Of a DNA stretch of 64,000 bases, positions 10,027-21,375 are shown one piece after another. Position numbers and translations under genes: made by a program. Source of the DNA: Archaeoglobus sp. JdFR-37 (GTDB lineage Archaea; Halobacteriota; Archaeoglobi; Archaeoglobales; Archaeoglobaceae); assembly GCA_002010215.1 (NCBI GenBank), contig MTMY01000003.1, positions 1-64,000 on the forward strand, read 5' to 3'. The notes beneath the pieces are model-generated. The model had not been told where the DNA came from. It searched no databases and saw only the letters and a program-made list of their open reading frames with translations. The stretch's first letter is position 1. The number at the start of each line of letters is the position of its first letter.

Positions 10027-10824
10027 TTGACTGAAGCCGTTAAAGCTGAAGAGTATACTCCGCTTGAAGCAGCAGTGGTTTACGTGGCAAGGGAATTGAA
10101 GAAGTACGATGGTAGGAGCGTCATAACTGGCATAGGCCTTCCTGTGGTTGCCTCACTCCTCGCCAAAAGACTATACGCTCCAAAATTAAAGATAAACATA
10201 GAAAGTGGCTCATTCGATATCCAGCTTCCTGAGATTCCAATATCTCTTTTCGGGCCCAGAATATCATATAAGTGCTCTGCACAGCTCAACAATCTTCATT
10301 CGCTGGCAGGTACTGCAAGAGGTGATTACGACATCGGATTTATAGGGGGTGCCCAAGTCGACAAATATGGAAATGTAAATTCTACAGTTATAGGCGATTA
10401 TCTTGGAGGTCACAAAAGGTTAGCTGGTAGCGGAGGAGCTGTTGATATCGGTTGTTTTACGAATACGATAATCATTATGCCCCATAGAAAGGAAAGGATC
10501 GTTAATTTCGTGGACTACATAACCACTCCTGGCTGGAAGTGTAGAAAGCCATTCTCTGATGAAATTGTTGATCGACAAGAGCTGGGCCTTCCAGGCGGAC
10601 CGATCATGATTGTCACAAATCTCTGCATCATGCGCTTCGATAAAGAGAGCAAGGAGGCGTATGTGGACACAATATTCCCCGGTGTTTCTAAAGAAACCAT
10701 AATCAGTAATACAGGGTTTGACATTGACTTGAGCAGAGCTCGAACAGGTGAACCCATTCAAAAAATCGAGATTGAAACTCTAAGAAAAGAGGTTGACCCT
10801 TTGAACATCTACAGACTCCGATAG
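10027..10824 (+). CDS. CoA-transferase beta subunit (glutaconate CoA-transferase B-like)
   Basis: GIGLP, IESG (catalytic Glu), GGAQVDKYGNVNST, LAGSGGA. Confidence 0.85.
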   Translation: MTEAVKAEEYTPLEAAVVYVARELKKYDGRSVITGIGLPVVASLLAKRLYAPKLKINIESGSFDIQLPEIPISLFGPRISYKCSAQLNNLHSLAGTARGDYDIGFIGGAQVDKYGNVNSTVIGDYLGGHKRLAGSGGAVDIGCFTNTIIIMPHRKERIVNFVDYITTPGWKCRKPFSDEIVDRQELGLPGGPIMIVTNLCIMRFDKESKEAYVDTIFPGVSKETIISNTGFDIDLSRARTGEPIQKIEIETLRKEVDPLNIYRLR

Positions 10825-11037
10825 GCACTTAACTCTGAAAGTTGGTTGATGAAAAATCGCAATAGTTATCCTTTCAAAACTTTTTTGGTAGTTTATACCT
10901 TCCAGCTTTTGATAGTGGTTAGACAGATTCATGGATGTTTCTTATGGGCAGGTCTTGAGAGGAATACCTTCAGGTAAGTTCTCGAAGCTCATTGGGAGCC
11001 TTAAATAACGAATAATAGGATGTAACGATGGCAAAAA

Positions 11038-11838
11038 TCATCCAATAAGCCTTCTCAGCCTTTCAATGTCGTATTCCTCAGCTTTCTCCTCAATCTCCCT
11101 GTTTATCCTCTCCAAGTACTCCCACGCTTTTCTGACTTCAGGTGCCAGGCTCCACTCTTCTGGCTTTGTGACGTATTCCTGGCCTTGGTTTATGAACCTG
11201 TACATGTAAACCACGCAGCCCCTGTATTCCCTGTTACCCCCAGCCCACCTGGTGAACCTGCCCGGAAATATTCCCGCAATCTTCCAGCCCCTCCTTATGC
11301 AGAGCTTCTGAGTTATATCGTGCCAGGTTTCAAGAAAAGTTGTCATGTACTCCGCTCCGCTTTCCGCTATTTTCTCGGCTATGGCAAAACCTATTCCCAG
11401 CGGTATGTGCTGCCTCCTGTAGTCCGGGTGGGTAGTAATCATGGAATACTCTATTTCCAAATTCTTGTCATCTTTTCTCAGTAATGCTGCTCCAACGAGC
11501 TTTGAAGCCTCAAGCTCTTCCGCAATAACCATGCAGTACTCCTTCTCAAACCTGTCTCGCTCCCAGTTTTCTTCAAGCACAACCCTCTCCCTTATCTGCT
11601 CCGGATAAAGAACAAAATCGTAGTTCGACCCGTAAACCTCAGGATAACCTGCCCTCCAGAGCTCGGCAGCCTTTTCCACATCTGCCTCCCTCAGTATTCT
11701 GGCCCTATATTTCTTAAAGTACGATTCCAGATGGAACTTCGGCCAGACAACTCTCTTTTCTCCGATCTCTCTGGTTTTGCATGTCCTTGCCATCTCCCTG
11801 AAGGGTCTGTATTTGCTCATGTCTATCTTATCCATCAT
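11038..11838 (-). CDS. GNAT-like acyltransferase domain protein
   Basis: THPDYRRQHI resembles GNAT motif A; RRGWKIAG; start trimmed to MMDKID. Confidence 0.55.
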   Translation of the reverse strand: MMDKIDMSKYRPFREMARTCKTREIGEKRVVWPKFHLESYFKKYRARILREADVEKAAELWRAGYPEVYGSNYDFVLYPEQIRERVVLEENWERDRFEKEYCMVIAEELEASKLVGAALLRKDDKNLEIEYSMITTHPDYRRQHIPLGIGFAIAEKIAESGAEYMTTFLETWHDITQKLCIRRGWKIAGIFPGRFTRWAGGNREYRGCVVYMYRFINQGQEYVTKPEEWSLAPEVRKAWEYLERINREIEEKAEEYDIERLRRLIG

Positions 11839-11870
11839 GATATAATCTTCGCTATCAAAAAACCTAAGCC

Positions 11871-11885
11871 TATCGGTTACCGATA
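11871..11885. promoter_or_regulatory. Palindrome TATCGGT-T-ACCGATA, candidate operator
   Basis: Between the divergent GNAT-like and DUF6125-like genes. Confidence 0.35.
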
Positions 11886-12057
11886 TATGTGGAAAGGATC
11901 GACATCGATCTGTATAGTGAACGGCAATCGATGGCTGCAGCGGAATTGTCATACCTTCTCTCTCACGAAGAGGAAATTTGAGATACGGCAAGAAGGTAGA
12001 TCTCTGGAAATCAAAACCGCTTTAAAGGTTTATCAGAGCAATCAAAAAGTGGTCAAC

Positions 12058-12552
12058 ATGAAGCTGGATTTGAAGGAAGAAGAGAAAGAGGAGTACATAC
12101 ATTTCTTGCTGAGGCAATATAGGCTTGTTGACGCTTTGTGGTTTCTTGCCGTGGAGGACAAATTTGGATTAGACGCAGCCGTAGAATTGAACGAGAGGGT
12201 TTGGGAGGACATGGGTCGAAGGTCGGCTAAAGAGATCAAGAGAAGATTTAAAATTGATGAGAAGGGTCTGAAGGGATTCGTCAGGGCTTTGAAGTACTTC
12301 CCCTGGAGCACCATCATCGGTTACGAGGTAGTGGAGAAAAAAGGTAAAGTCATTATTTCCGTCCCGCACTGCCCTCCTCAGGAGGCGAGGATTAGGATGG
12401 GGAGGGGTGAGTTTCCCTGTAAGGAGATGCACTTCAGGGAGTTCAGGTTCTTTGCGGAGGAGATCGATGAGAGAATAGTGGTTAGGTGCATATTTGCCCC
12501 TCCAGACGAGCGGCAGGACTGCTGGTGCAGGTGGGAGTTCGCAGTTGAGTGA
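12058..12552 (+). CDS. DUF6125-like / V4R-related protein
   Basis: VDALWFLAVE..G.DAA..NERVW, CPPQ..R...G..EFPCK, C.FAPPD...CWCRWEF. Confidence 0.65.
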   Translation: MKLDLKEEEKEEYIHFLLRQYRLVDALWFLAVEDKFGLDAAVELNERVWEDMGRRSAKEIKRRFKIDEKGLKGFVRALKYFPWSTIIGYEVVEKKGKVIISVPHCPPQEARIRMGRGEFPCKEMHFREFRFFAEEIDERIVVRCIFAPPDERQDCWCRWEFAVE

Positions 12553-12606
12553 CTTCTGCCACTCTCAAATTTGAGAGATTTGATGAATTTACCTCGTGAG
12601 AGAGAT

Positions 12607-13053
12607 ATGAAAGGTTCTGAATGGCTCAGGAATTACGTCAGAGAGAGAGGCATTAAAGCGGAGGTTATAGAGGTTGGCAGAGCCTCAACAGTGGCTGAGG
12701 CTGCGAAAGCGTTAGGTTGCAGCAAGAGGGAGATAATCAAGTCCATCGTTCTCGTTGCGGGGAATGAGGCTGTTATTGCAATTGTGGATGGCACCTCATC
12801 CGTTGACCTGAAGAGGGTTGAAGAGCTGATTGGGAAAGCGGTGAGGATAGCAGAAAGAGAAGAGGTACGACGCTTAACAGGCTTTCAGGCTGGCGGCGTC
12901 CCGCCCGTTGGGCACGGCTGCAAAGCGTTCGTGGATGAGAGGGTTTTGAGGAGCGAGAGAGTTTACGGCGGTGGGGGAGACGAGAGGCACCTCCTTTTGA
13001 TTTCCCCGGCTGAAATTGCAAGGGAGGCGGTTGTTGCCAGAATAAGGAAGTAG
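12607..13053 (+). CDS. ybaK: YbaK/EbsC aminoacyl-tRNA editing family protein
   Basis: IIKSIV, TGFQAGGVPPVG, YGGGG. Confidence 0.85.
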   Translation: MKGSEWLRNYVRERGIKAEVIEVGRASTVAEAAKALGCSKREIIKSIVLVAGNEAVIAIVDGTSSVDLKRVEELIGKAVRIAEREEVRRLTGFQAGGVPPVGHGCKAFVDERVLRSERVYGGGGDERHLLLISPAEIAREAVVARIRK

Positions 13054-13104
13054 GATTGGAGTTTAGTCAAGTGGCTGGAACAGCTGCATTCTGGAGTACT
13101 CCAA

Positions 13105-13209
13105 GCTCCGGCGCTCCGAGTTTCTGCAGGCTTCGAGGTTGCTTCGGCGCCACCACTTCTCCCTTCTGCGCCCCCCGCAGCCGAACCTCTGCGAGTTCCG
13201 AACCGGAGC
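13105..13209. ncRNA. Candidate GC-rich structured RNA/DNA element
   Basis: 80/120 G+C over 13101-13220; nested complementary stems; not matched to a known family. Confidence 0.3.
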
Positions 13210-13293
13210 CTGCGCTAGGTAAGTGGCACTGCCATAAATTTGGCAGCAGCGGGAGCAAGAGATCGGGCAAAAGTTGAAGGTATTAGGCACAGC

Positions 13294-13569
13294 ATGATGG
13301 GAAGAGGCAACAGGCTTAGGAGGCTGTATGCCTTCAAGGTTCAGATAGTTGTTGATGACGAGCTCCAAAGAAAGCTGGAGTTCATTGCCAGAAGGATGGT
13401 TGAGCTTGAGAGGCTGCAAAAGGAGAAGCTCGAAGAAATTGAACGGCTCAGACAAGGGGTTGCAAGGCTGAGGATGGGGGGCCCGAACGCAGCTCTCCCG
13501 CCGCCGGATTGGATGGCGGAGCCGGTGAAGAGGTTGCTGAAGCTGAAGAGTCTAATAGCGCGATCGTAG
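13294..13569 (+). CDS. Hypothetical protein with RHH-like N-terminus and coiled coil
   Basis: KVQIVVDDELQRKLEFIARR pattern; purine-rich codon usage like neighbouring genes. Confidence 0.45.
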   Translation: MMGRGNRLRRLYAFKVQIVVDDELQRKLEFIARRMVELERLQKEKLEEIERLRQGVARLRMGGPNAALPPPDWMAEPVKRLLKLKSLIARS

Positions 13570-13632
13570 CCAATTTTGGCAGGTAGCTTAACGGGGTAAC
13601 ATTCATATACAATATTTGTTAAATTCAAATGT

Positions 13633-13854
13633 ATGGGACACGTGAACATGACAATCACAATTCCCGAGGAGTTGAGAAAAAGGATCAGAAAGATAAAGGG
13701 TGTGAACTGGAGCGAGGTTGCAAGGAGGGCGTTTGAGGAAGAATTGAAGAGGATAGAGAGGCAGATTGCCGCAGAGGAGATGGACAGGTTGAGGACGAAG
13801 AGCAAGGGCTGGAGTGGCGTGGAGGAGATAAGGAAATGGAGAGACTCGCAATAG
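13633..13854 (+). CDS. vapB: VapB-type antitoxin (RHH)
   Basis: NMTITIPEELRKRI..VNWSEVARRA, EEIRKWRD; overlaps the PIN gene. Confidence 0.8.
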   Translation: MGHVNMTITIPEELRKRIRKIKGVNWSEVARRAFEEELKRIERQIAAEEMDRLRTKSKGWSGVEEIRKWRDSQ

Positions 13855-14264
13855 ATTCGTCCGTTGCTGTCAAGTGGTTCAGCCAGGAGGATGATACAGA
13901 TAAAGCCGTTCAGATACGGGATGCCCACGTGAGGGGCGATTTCGAGCTGATAGCTACACCCCTTCTCTACTGCGAGGTGACAAATGCCCTGAGGTTCAAG
14001 CCGGACTTTGGAGCAGAAATGTTGAGGAGGGCTGTGGAGGCTTTATTCAAGCTCCACATGGTTGTGGAAGAGATTGATGAGTCTATTTTAAAGAGGAGTG
14101 CAGAAATAGCCTTTGACAGCGATATAACTATCTACGATGCCTTGCCGGTTGCTGTTGCGGAGAAGAACTCCACGGTGTGCGTCACGGCGGATGAGAGGAC
14201 ACAGTACAACAGGCTGAAGGGAAAATATCCTGTAAGACTTTTGAGAGATTTCCCATTCGAATGA
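13836..14264 (+). CDS. vapC: VapC PIN-domain toxin
   Basis: IDSSVAVKWF, EVTNAL, TIYDA, VTAD acidic residues. Confidence 0.9.
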   Translation: MERLAIDSSVAVKWFSQEDDTDKAVQIRDAHVRGDFELIATPLLYCEVTNALRFKPDFGAEMLRRAVEALFKLHMVVEEIDESILKRSAEIAFDSDITIYDALPVAVAEKNSTVCVTADERTQYNRLKGKYPVRLLRDFPFE

Positions 14265-14392
14265 GATAGCAGTTGATTCCGCTGGCTAGCTGGCAGAATT
14301 TAGCTAAGTTCAAAATCAGGTTTTGAAATGAAAGGTACTCGCTTAAATTTTTTCAAGACTTTCATTCAAATTAAAAAATAAAAAATAAAGAG

Positions 14393-15541
14393 TCAAAACT
14401 CAATCTCAAGGCTTGTTGGATGCAGGCAGTCCTTGGTAAGCGCCATCTGCCTGTATTTGCCCATCTGAAAGATCATCATATAGTCATCAAGCACCATCTC
14501 AACAATCTCATCCTCATCCAGCTCATCTGCCCTCCTGAACCTCAGGGGGCGATGGATGTCCATGTAGGCATACGGCTGCCCGAGCTTTCGCACAACTGCC
14601 CTAATCACATTTTCCGTGAAAGAGTACTTCACCATCACTGACGGGCTGTCTTCCCCCTTCCCAACTGGTTTATACTTCGCTCCATTGAACTCGATGTCCT
14701 CATAAGCTATATTCACAACTTCACGCTTCAGCTCGTGATAGTAATCTAATACGTAGTACTCTTTCACTGCTAGAGTGTTCCAGAGCCCGCCCAGGTAGAT
14801 CTTCAGCGCTTCGTTGAAGCTTTTTACAACGTCGAGCTTCCTGTATTTGATAACTCCAGTGAAGACATTCCAGAGCTCAGCATCAACGCTGATTTCTGCA
14901 TCAACCTCCCTGCTGTCATTCAGCACTTCTTTATCAGGAGGCTCTGGATGCTTGGTCTGCCTTTCCTTCGCTTCAAATCCCGGAGGAACGCCCAGCTCTA
15001 TGTAATCCTTTTCGAAGTATGCTCTTCTCAGATCGAGGAGCTCTTTCAGGGGGTCCTCAGCTTCCTCTTCTCTGAAGTACTCCATCGTAACAGGCTCATC
15101 GCTATAAACGTGGTTTGCTATGACGTTGGGGTATAGGTAATCGCAGCAGTAATCTTCGCTTTGCCTCACCAACGCCCCTCTTCTCCTTCGCGTTACAGTA
15201 ATGCGGATCTTGTAGGGCCTGCCGTCGCAGGGCTTGACAACGTAGGGGGCGACGATGTGAACGAACCTCTTTATGACCTTCGAGGGAAAGCTTCCGTAAA
15301 GGGGTTCGAAAGTATAGCCAGCAGCATCTTCAAACTCAAGCTGGCTTACATCAACAACGTCGTAATAATCTCCATCGTGTCTCAGGACGAGGGTGTTGTC
15401 AAGAAGGGCCAGATAGGTTATGAGAGCATTCTCAACGTGCTCTTTCATGCCATTTTTCTCGCAGATTTTTTCAAGCGGAAGCCAGACTCTCGCCTCGACA
15501 CCCACCTTAACCGCTTTCGCGGCCGCACTCATGCCAACCAC
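14393..15541 (-). CDS. Hypothetical protein with two internal repeats, each starting with an RHH-like segment
   Basis: 382-aa ORF; internal duplication seen by eye (see findings). Confidence 0.6.
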   Translation of the reverse strand: MVGMSAAAKAVKVGVEARVWLPLEKICEKNGMKEHVENALITYLALLDNTLVLRHDGDYYDVVDVSQLEFEDAAGYTFEPLYGSFPSKVIKRFVHIVAPYVVKPCDGRPYKIRITVTRRRRGALVRQSEDYCCDYLYPNVIANHVYSDEPVTMEYFREEEAEDPLKELLDLRRAYFEKDYIELGVPPGFEAKERQTKHPEPPDKEVLNDSREVDAEISVDAELWNVFTGVIKYRKLDVVKSFNEALKIYLGGLWNTLAVKEYYVLDYYHELKREVVNIAYEDIEFNGAKYKPVGKGEDSPSVMVKYSFTENVIRAVVRKLGQPYAYMDIHRPLRFRRADELDEDEIVEMVLDDYMMIFQMGKYRQMALTKDCLHPTSLEIEF

Positions 15542-15596
15542 TCGGGATCGATCTGAGTGGTGTTATTAAAATTTATTCAACGTTTTAATTGCCACT

Positions 15597-15869
15597 TTAG
15601 TTCTCGTTCCAATTCTGATCGTTCTCCTCTCTCCTCCTCTTGGCCTTCTCTGCCACCTTAATCTCCCTCTTCAACCCCTCCTCAAGCTCTTCAACCACGT
15701 CATCCACTATGTCCACCACTCCGTACTCTATGGCTATTTCCGCCTCAGCCTCTATGCCTGCAAGCATGAGCCTTGACAGTATTATCAGCACCGCCAGGTT
15801 GTGAATCTCCTCGTATAGCATGGAAGGCTTTGTCGTGCCTGCTATTGACATCCATGATGCATGATGCAA
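15597..15869 (-). CDS. Small hypothetical protein or gene fragment
   Basis: Acidic, helical C-terminal half with typical codon usage; start uncertain. Confidence 0.35.
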   Translation of the reverse strand: MHHASWMSIAGTTKPSMLYEEIHNLAVLIILSRLMLAGIEAEAEIAIEYGVVDIVDDVVEELEEGLKREIKVAEKAKRRREENDQNWNEN

Positions 15870-16059
15870 AGGGAAAATTTAATCGGCAGCTAACCCTGCC
15901 TGAATAAGTTAACATCTCGGAACGAACAAAGGGCTGATCAAAGAGTTAATTGAGGCGCCTCCATGGCATTCTTGCACCCAACATCTCGCAGATTGTGATC
16001 TCGACTTTTGATTAGAAATGATTAAAAAGCTGAGACTGTTAAGTTTAATTACATGCAGT

Positions 16060-16521
16060 TTAGAGCAGGCTCTCGATAATCTTGATGTGGCTAGCCTCGG
16101 ATGCAACGAGTTCTTTCAATATATCCCTGACTTTTTTAGCCACTTCATCACCCAATTCTTCGCTTATTTCCGAGAAGTTGAATCTCAGCAGGTATCTATA
16201 ATATCGCAAAGCCCAGCGCTCCCATCTGAGTAAGATGTTTAACATATCCGGTGTTAAATCCTCTGAAAAGTCAAAGCTCTTTATCCCCATCCTTTCCTCT
16301 GCATACTCCTTTAAAGTTTCAATGCCAAATCCGAGGGCTTCGACAGCTCTTCTAAGCATAATTTTATGTTTTTCGTTATCTACCATTATATTGCAAATAG
16401 AATTGAAAATGCTTTCATCTTCGCAACACACCATCATCTCTGCAAGTCCTCGTGCTACTGAGGCTTCGATAGAATATGCTCTTGCAAGTAAGGAGGCTAA
16501 GACTTCGACAGAATCTTTCAT
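16060..16521 (-). CDS. Ferritin-like (rubrerythrin-type) protein
   Basis: Paired E...E-x-x-H-like motifs (IE..DNEKH, WE..EASH). Confidence 0.7.
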   Translation of the reverse strand: MKDSVEVLASLLARAYSIEASVARGLAEMMVCCEDESIFNSICNIMVDNEKHKIMLRRAVEALGFGIETLKEYAEERMGIKSFDFSEDLTPDMLNILLRWERWALRYYRYLLRFNFSEISEELGDEVAKKVRDILKELVASEASHIKIIESLL

Positions 16522-16846
16522 ATTATAATTTTAAAGTCTAGAGGTGTATATTATTTTCGGTTTTCGATATCGATTAAAAAGACTAAATTATTTTCCAAAC
16601 TCTCATTTGATTTATCTTTAAGAACTTGAAGTAAGTTTAAAACTACAGTGTTCCTAACTTCTTTTCCTGGTTTTCTTGGCGTTTCACTTTCGCCGTTGTG
16701 CACTGTATCAGCTTTGAGTCCACGCGAAGAGAATAGGCAGTCGAGAATGATTTTAAGAGAAAAATTGCCAGTGTTTTCACGAATTTGAGAGAAATAGTTC
16801 AGGAGTTAAATACGAAAGATTGCAAAATAAATAAAAATAATATATA

Positions 16847-17374
16847 TTATTCAATCTTTATTTTCCTCTTGTCCTCTCTTTTGGGGTGTTTCTTTTTGAA
16901 TACAACTTCAAGGACGCCGTTGTTGTATCTTGCTTTCGCTGAATCTGGCACGACTTCGGCAGGCAGGCTTACAACTTCGTAGTACTTCCTGTTTTCACCT
17001 TCAGCCTTTATTTCCAAGCTTGTTTCATCTGCATTCAGCTCTATATCATCCTTATTAACGCCGGGCATCTCTGCAATCACGTGAACTTCCTCATCGCTCT
17101 CCATCACGTCAATGAGGGGTTTCCTTTCTTCAATGCCCTCACTTCTAATAGCCTCTGGCTTGGTTCCAAACTCCTTGATCTCGGGCTTGCCATCCGGGCC
17201 AATTCTTATTGAGAAGCCCTTTATGAATGGCTTGCCTTCCCCACTTGATGCAATTCTGAAGAACTCGTCTATGTCCCTGAACATCTTCTCCATGAGCTCA
17301 TCAATGAACTCGAATTCTCTGCCGAAGAATTCCTCAAATATATCATCCCAATCTCTCCTTCTCCTTCTCCACAT
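16847..17374 (-). CDS. hsp20: Archaeal small heat-shock protein Hsp20
   Basis: GFSIRIGPDGKP, PLIDV, AEMPGV, AKARYNNGVLEV, terminal IKIE. Confidence 0.95.
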   Translation of the reverse strand: MWRRRRRDWDDIFEEFFGREFEFIDELMEKMFRDIDEFFRIASSGEGKPFIKGFSIRIGPDGKPEIKEFGTKPEAIRSEGIEERKPLIDVMESDEEVHVIAEMPGVNKDDIELNADETSLEIKAEGENRKYYEVVSLPAEVVPDSAKARYNNGVLEVVFKKKHPKREDKRKIKIE

Positions 17375-17430
17375 TTTAATCACCTCCTCCTAACATTCCT
17401 CCTAACATCTCCACATTCCATAATTCACCT

Positions 17431-19632
<2,202 letters not shown>

Positions 19633-19653
19633 TTATCTTCAAATATCTAATAC

Positions 19654-20262
19654 TCATATTCTCAATCTCCATACGTAATCACCGTCCTTCTTTACTTTCT
19701 CAACAAATCCCATTGATTCCAGCTTCTCGAGGACTGCGTAGACTTCTCTGAAAGGCATTCCGAAACTCTCGGAAATCTCCTCAGGAGTCTCTGCTCCTTT
19801 TATCAGCGATGTCACCACTGCCCTCTCTATGTTATCACTGAACATTCTTTCTATCTCGTCCATAGCTCTCTCTATTGCAGCAGTCATCTTGGCAAATATC
19901 TCATTCTGACGCCTCGAAATTTCATCAAAGGCTTTCGCCGCTTCTTTGAACAACCTAAAGGCGTTTCCTTCCAGTCCACCCCTTGCTTCGCTGTCACTTA
20001 CCCTCGTCATGAAGACGTGGGGAGAGATGTTGATCTCTATCCTTATGTTTCTATCGATGTAATAGTATCTCCTCCGCCCCTCCTCAAAGCATCTGATGAG
20101 TCCAGCCTGCTCCAGTTTTTCAAGATGTTCCAATACTGCTTTTGGTGCCATTTTGAGAGTATATGCTATCTCGCTAACGTAGCAAGGCTTTATCGAGAGG
20201 AGCTTCAGGATTCTGCGGCGGTTCTCATTCCCGATGACCTCGAGAAGCTGGTCAGTATCCAT
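19654..20262 (-). CDS. ArsR-family heat-shock regulator (HSR1/Phr-like)
   Basis: GNENRRRILKLLS..PCYVSEI, HLEKLEQAGL; leads the regulator-cdc48-hsp20 operon as in Archaeoglobus fulgidus; ATG at 20262 after AGGTGA. Confidence 0.9.
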   Translation of the reverse strand: MDTDQLLEVIGNENRRRILKLLSIKPCYVSEIAYTLKMAPKAVLEHLEKLEQAGLIRCFEEGRRRYYYIDRNIRIEINISPHVFMTRVSDSEARGGLEGNAFRLFKEAAKAFDEISRRQNEIFAKMTAAIERAMDEIERMFSDNIERAVVTSLIKGAETPEEISESFGMPFREVYAVLEKLESMGFVEKVKKDGDYVWRLRI

Positions 20263-20283
20263 GAAATCACCTTTTATTAAGGT

Positions 20284-20317
20284 TACTAACCTTTGGTTAG
20301 TAAAATTAGTATATAAA
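20284..20317 (-). promoter_or_regulatory. Heat-shock operator CTAAC-N5-GTTAG downstream of the TATA box
   Basis: TACTAAC-CTTTG-GTTAGTA at 20284-20302; TTTATATA with A-rich BRE on the minus strand near 20310-20317. Confidence 0.85.
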
Positions 20318-20440
20318 TTTTTCGGCAAATGACTACATTGTGGTGCAGTAGTATCCCAAAATAACATTGAATCTGGAAGTGGCCTTTTGTCTCACACCCT
20401 ACTCTACTAGCTCTCCAAGTTCAATTGTGTGTATTAATCT

Positions 20441-21259
20441 TCAACTTTCAGCCAAACTATCAACAACCACTTGCAAAACCTTGCTGGTGATTTTGGGATC
20501 AGCCCCACCGCCGTGTATGATGACATAACGTCCTTCACAAACCTCCTCCGCAAAGTCCTTGACCTCAGAGGCTATGGTGCCGAAGAATTCGGTGCTCAGA
20601 CCGAGGCTACCATACTCCCAAGCGTGGGTGTCATGGCCGAGGAAATGAATCACTATGTCGGGCTTGAAACCCCGAAACTTCTCCAGAGTTTCCCTCAGCC
20701 TGCTGATGTACGCTTCCTCGTCTCTCAGATAATTCGAGTTTACGCAGAGCTTTCCAGCACCATAGTTGTTTGAGCTGCAGAAGCAGACATGAACAACTTC
20801 ACTGAAATCTGAAAGAATTTCTCTATCACCGTCTCCATGATGGGCGTCAGTATCCAAATAAAACATTCTTCTCAAACCCAGATCTCTCAATTTGAGATAC
20901 AATGGCCCAATAATGTTCAGGTATGTGCCTCCCCAAGCACTCTCCTTTCCTGCGTGGTGTCCTGCGGCTACATTCAGAGTGAGGGCATTGTTAATCTCAT
21001 TTTTCCACACCTTCACCGCCGCTTTTATTGAGCCTCCAACACTGAGTTTTGCTGCCTGATAGTACCACTCCTTCCTCTGAACTTCCAGAAAATTCCTGGA
21101 GTGGATTTTTTCAAGCAGAGATTCCTCTACAGGTTCTGCAACATCCAATTTAACTTTCTTTTCAACTTCACCCAGAATTTTTCTGAACTCAGCGTAGCGA
21201 TCTCCCACCACTGGCCAGTTGTTCCCGAAAAATTCATGGTGATATACCAAGAGAGTCAT
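20441..21259 (-). CDS. Divergent histone deacetylase/acetylpolyamine amidohydrolase family protein
   Basis: GHHA, DTDAHHGDG, GHD zinc motifs. Confidence 0.75.
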   Translation of the reverse strand: MTLLVYHHEFFGNNWPVVGDRYAEFRKILGEVEKKVKLDVAEPVEESLLEKIHSRNFLEVQRKEWYYQAAKLSVGGSIKAAVKVWKNEINNALTLNVAAGHHAGKESAWGGTYLNIIGPLYLKLRDLGLRRMFYLDTDAHHGDGDREILSDFSEVVHVCFCSSNNYGAGKLCVNSNYLRDEEAYISRLRETLEKFRGFKPDIVIHFLGHDTHAWEYGSLGLSTEFFGTIASEVKDFAEEVCEGRYVIIHGGGADPKITSKVLQVVVDSLAES

Positions 21260-21375
21260 CCGGTATCCCCCTTTATATTACCCTTTATACTATCATGATT
21301 AGAGTATTAAAGGTATGTGGTGTAAAAAAATTAATAAACTTGTGTTTACAGAAGTAAACTTAAAGGGTGATCAAT

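Noticed and set aside
13063..13455. Overlapping ORFs across the GC-rich element
   Set aside because: No RBS or recognisable motifs; open frames are expected at high GC.
10830..16050. Integron cassette array (small unrelated genes plus TA)
   Set aside because: Genes are in mixed orientation, there is no integrase, and TAAC...GTT candidates such as 15889-15950 lack attC-like internal symmetry.
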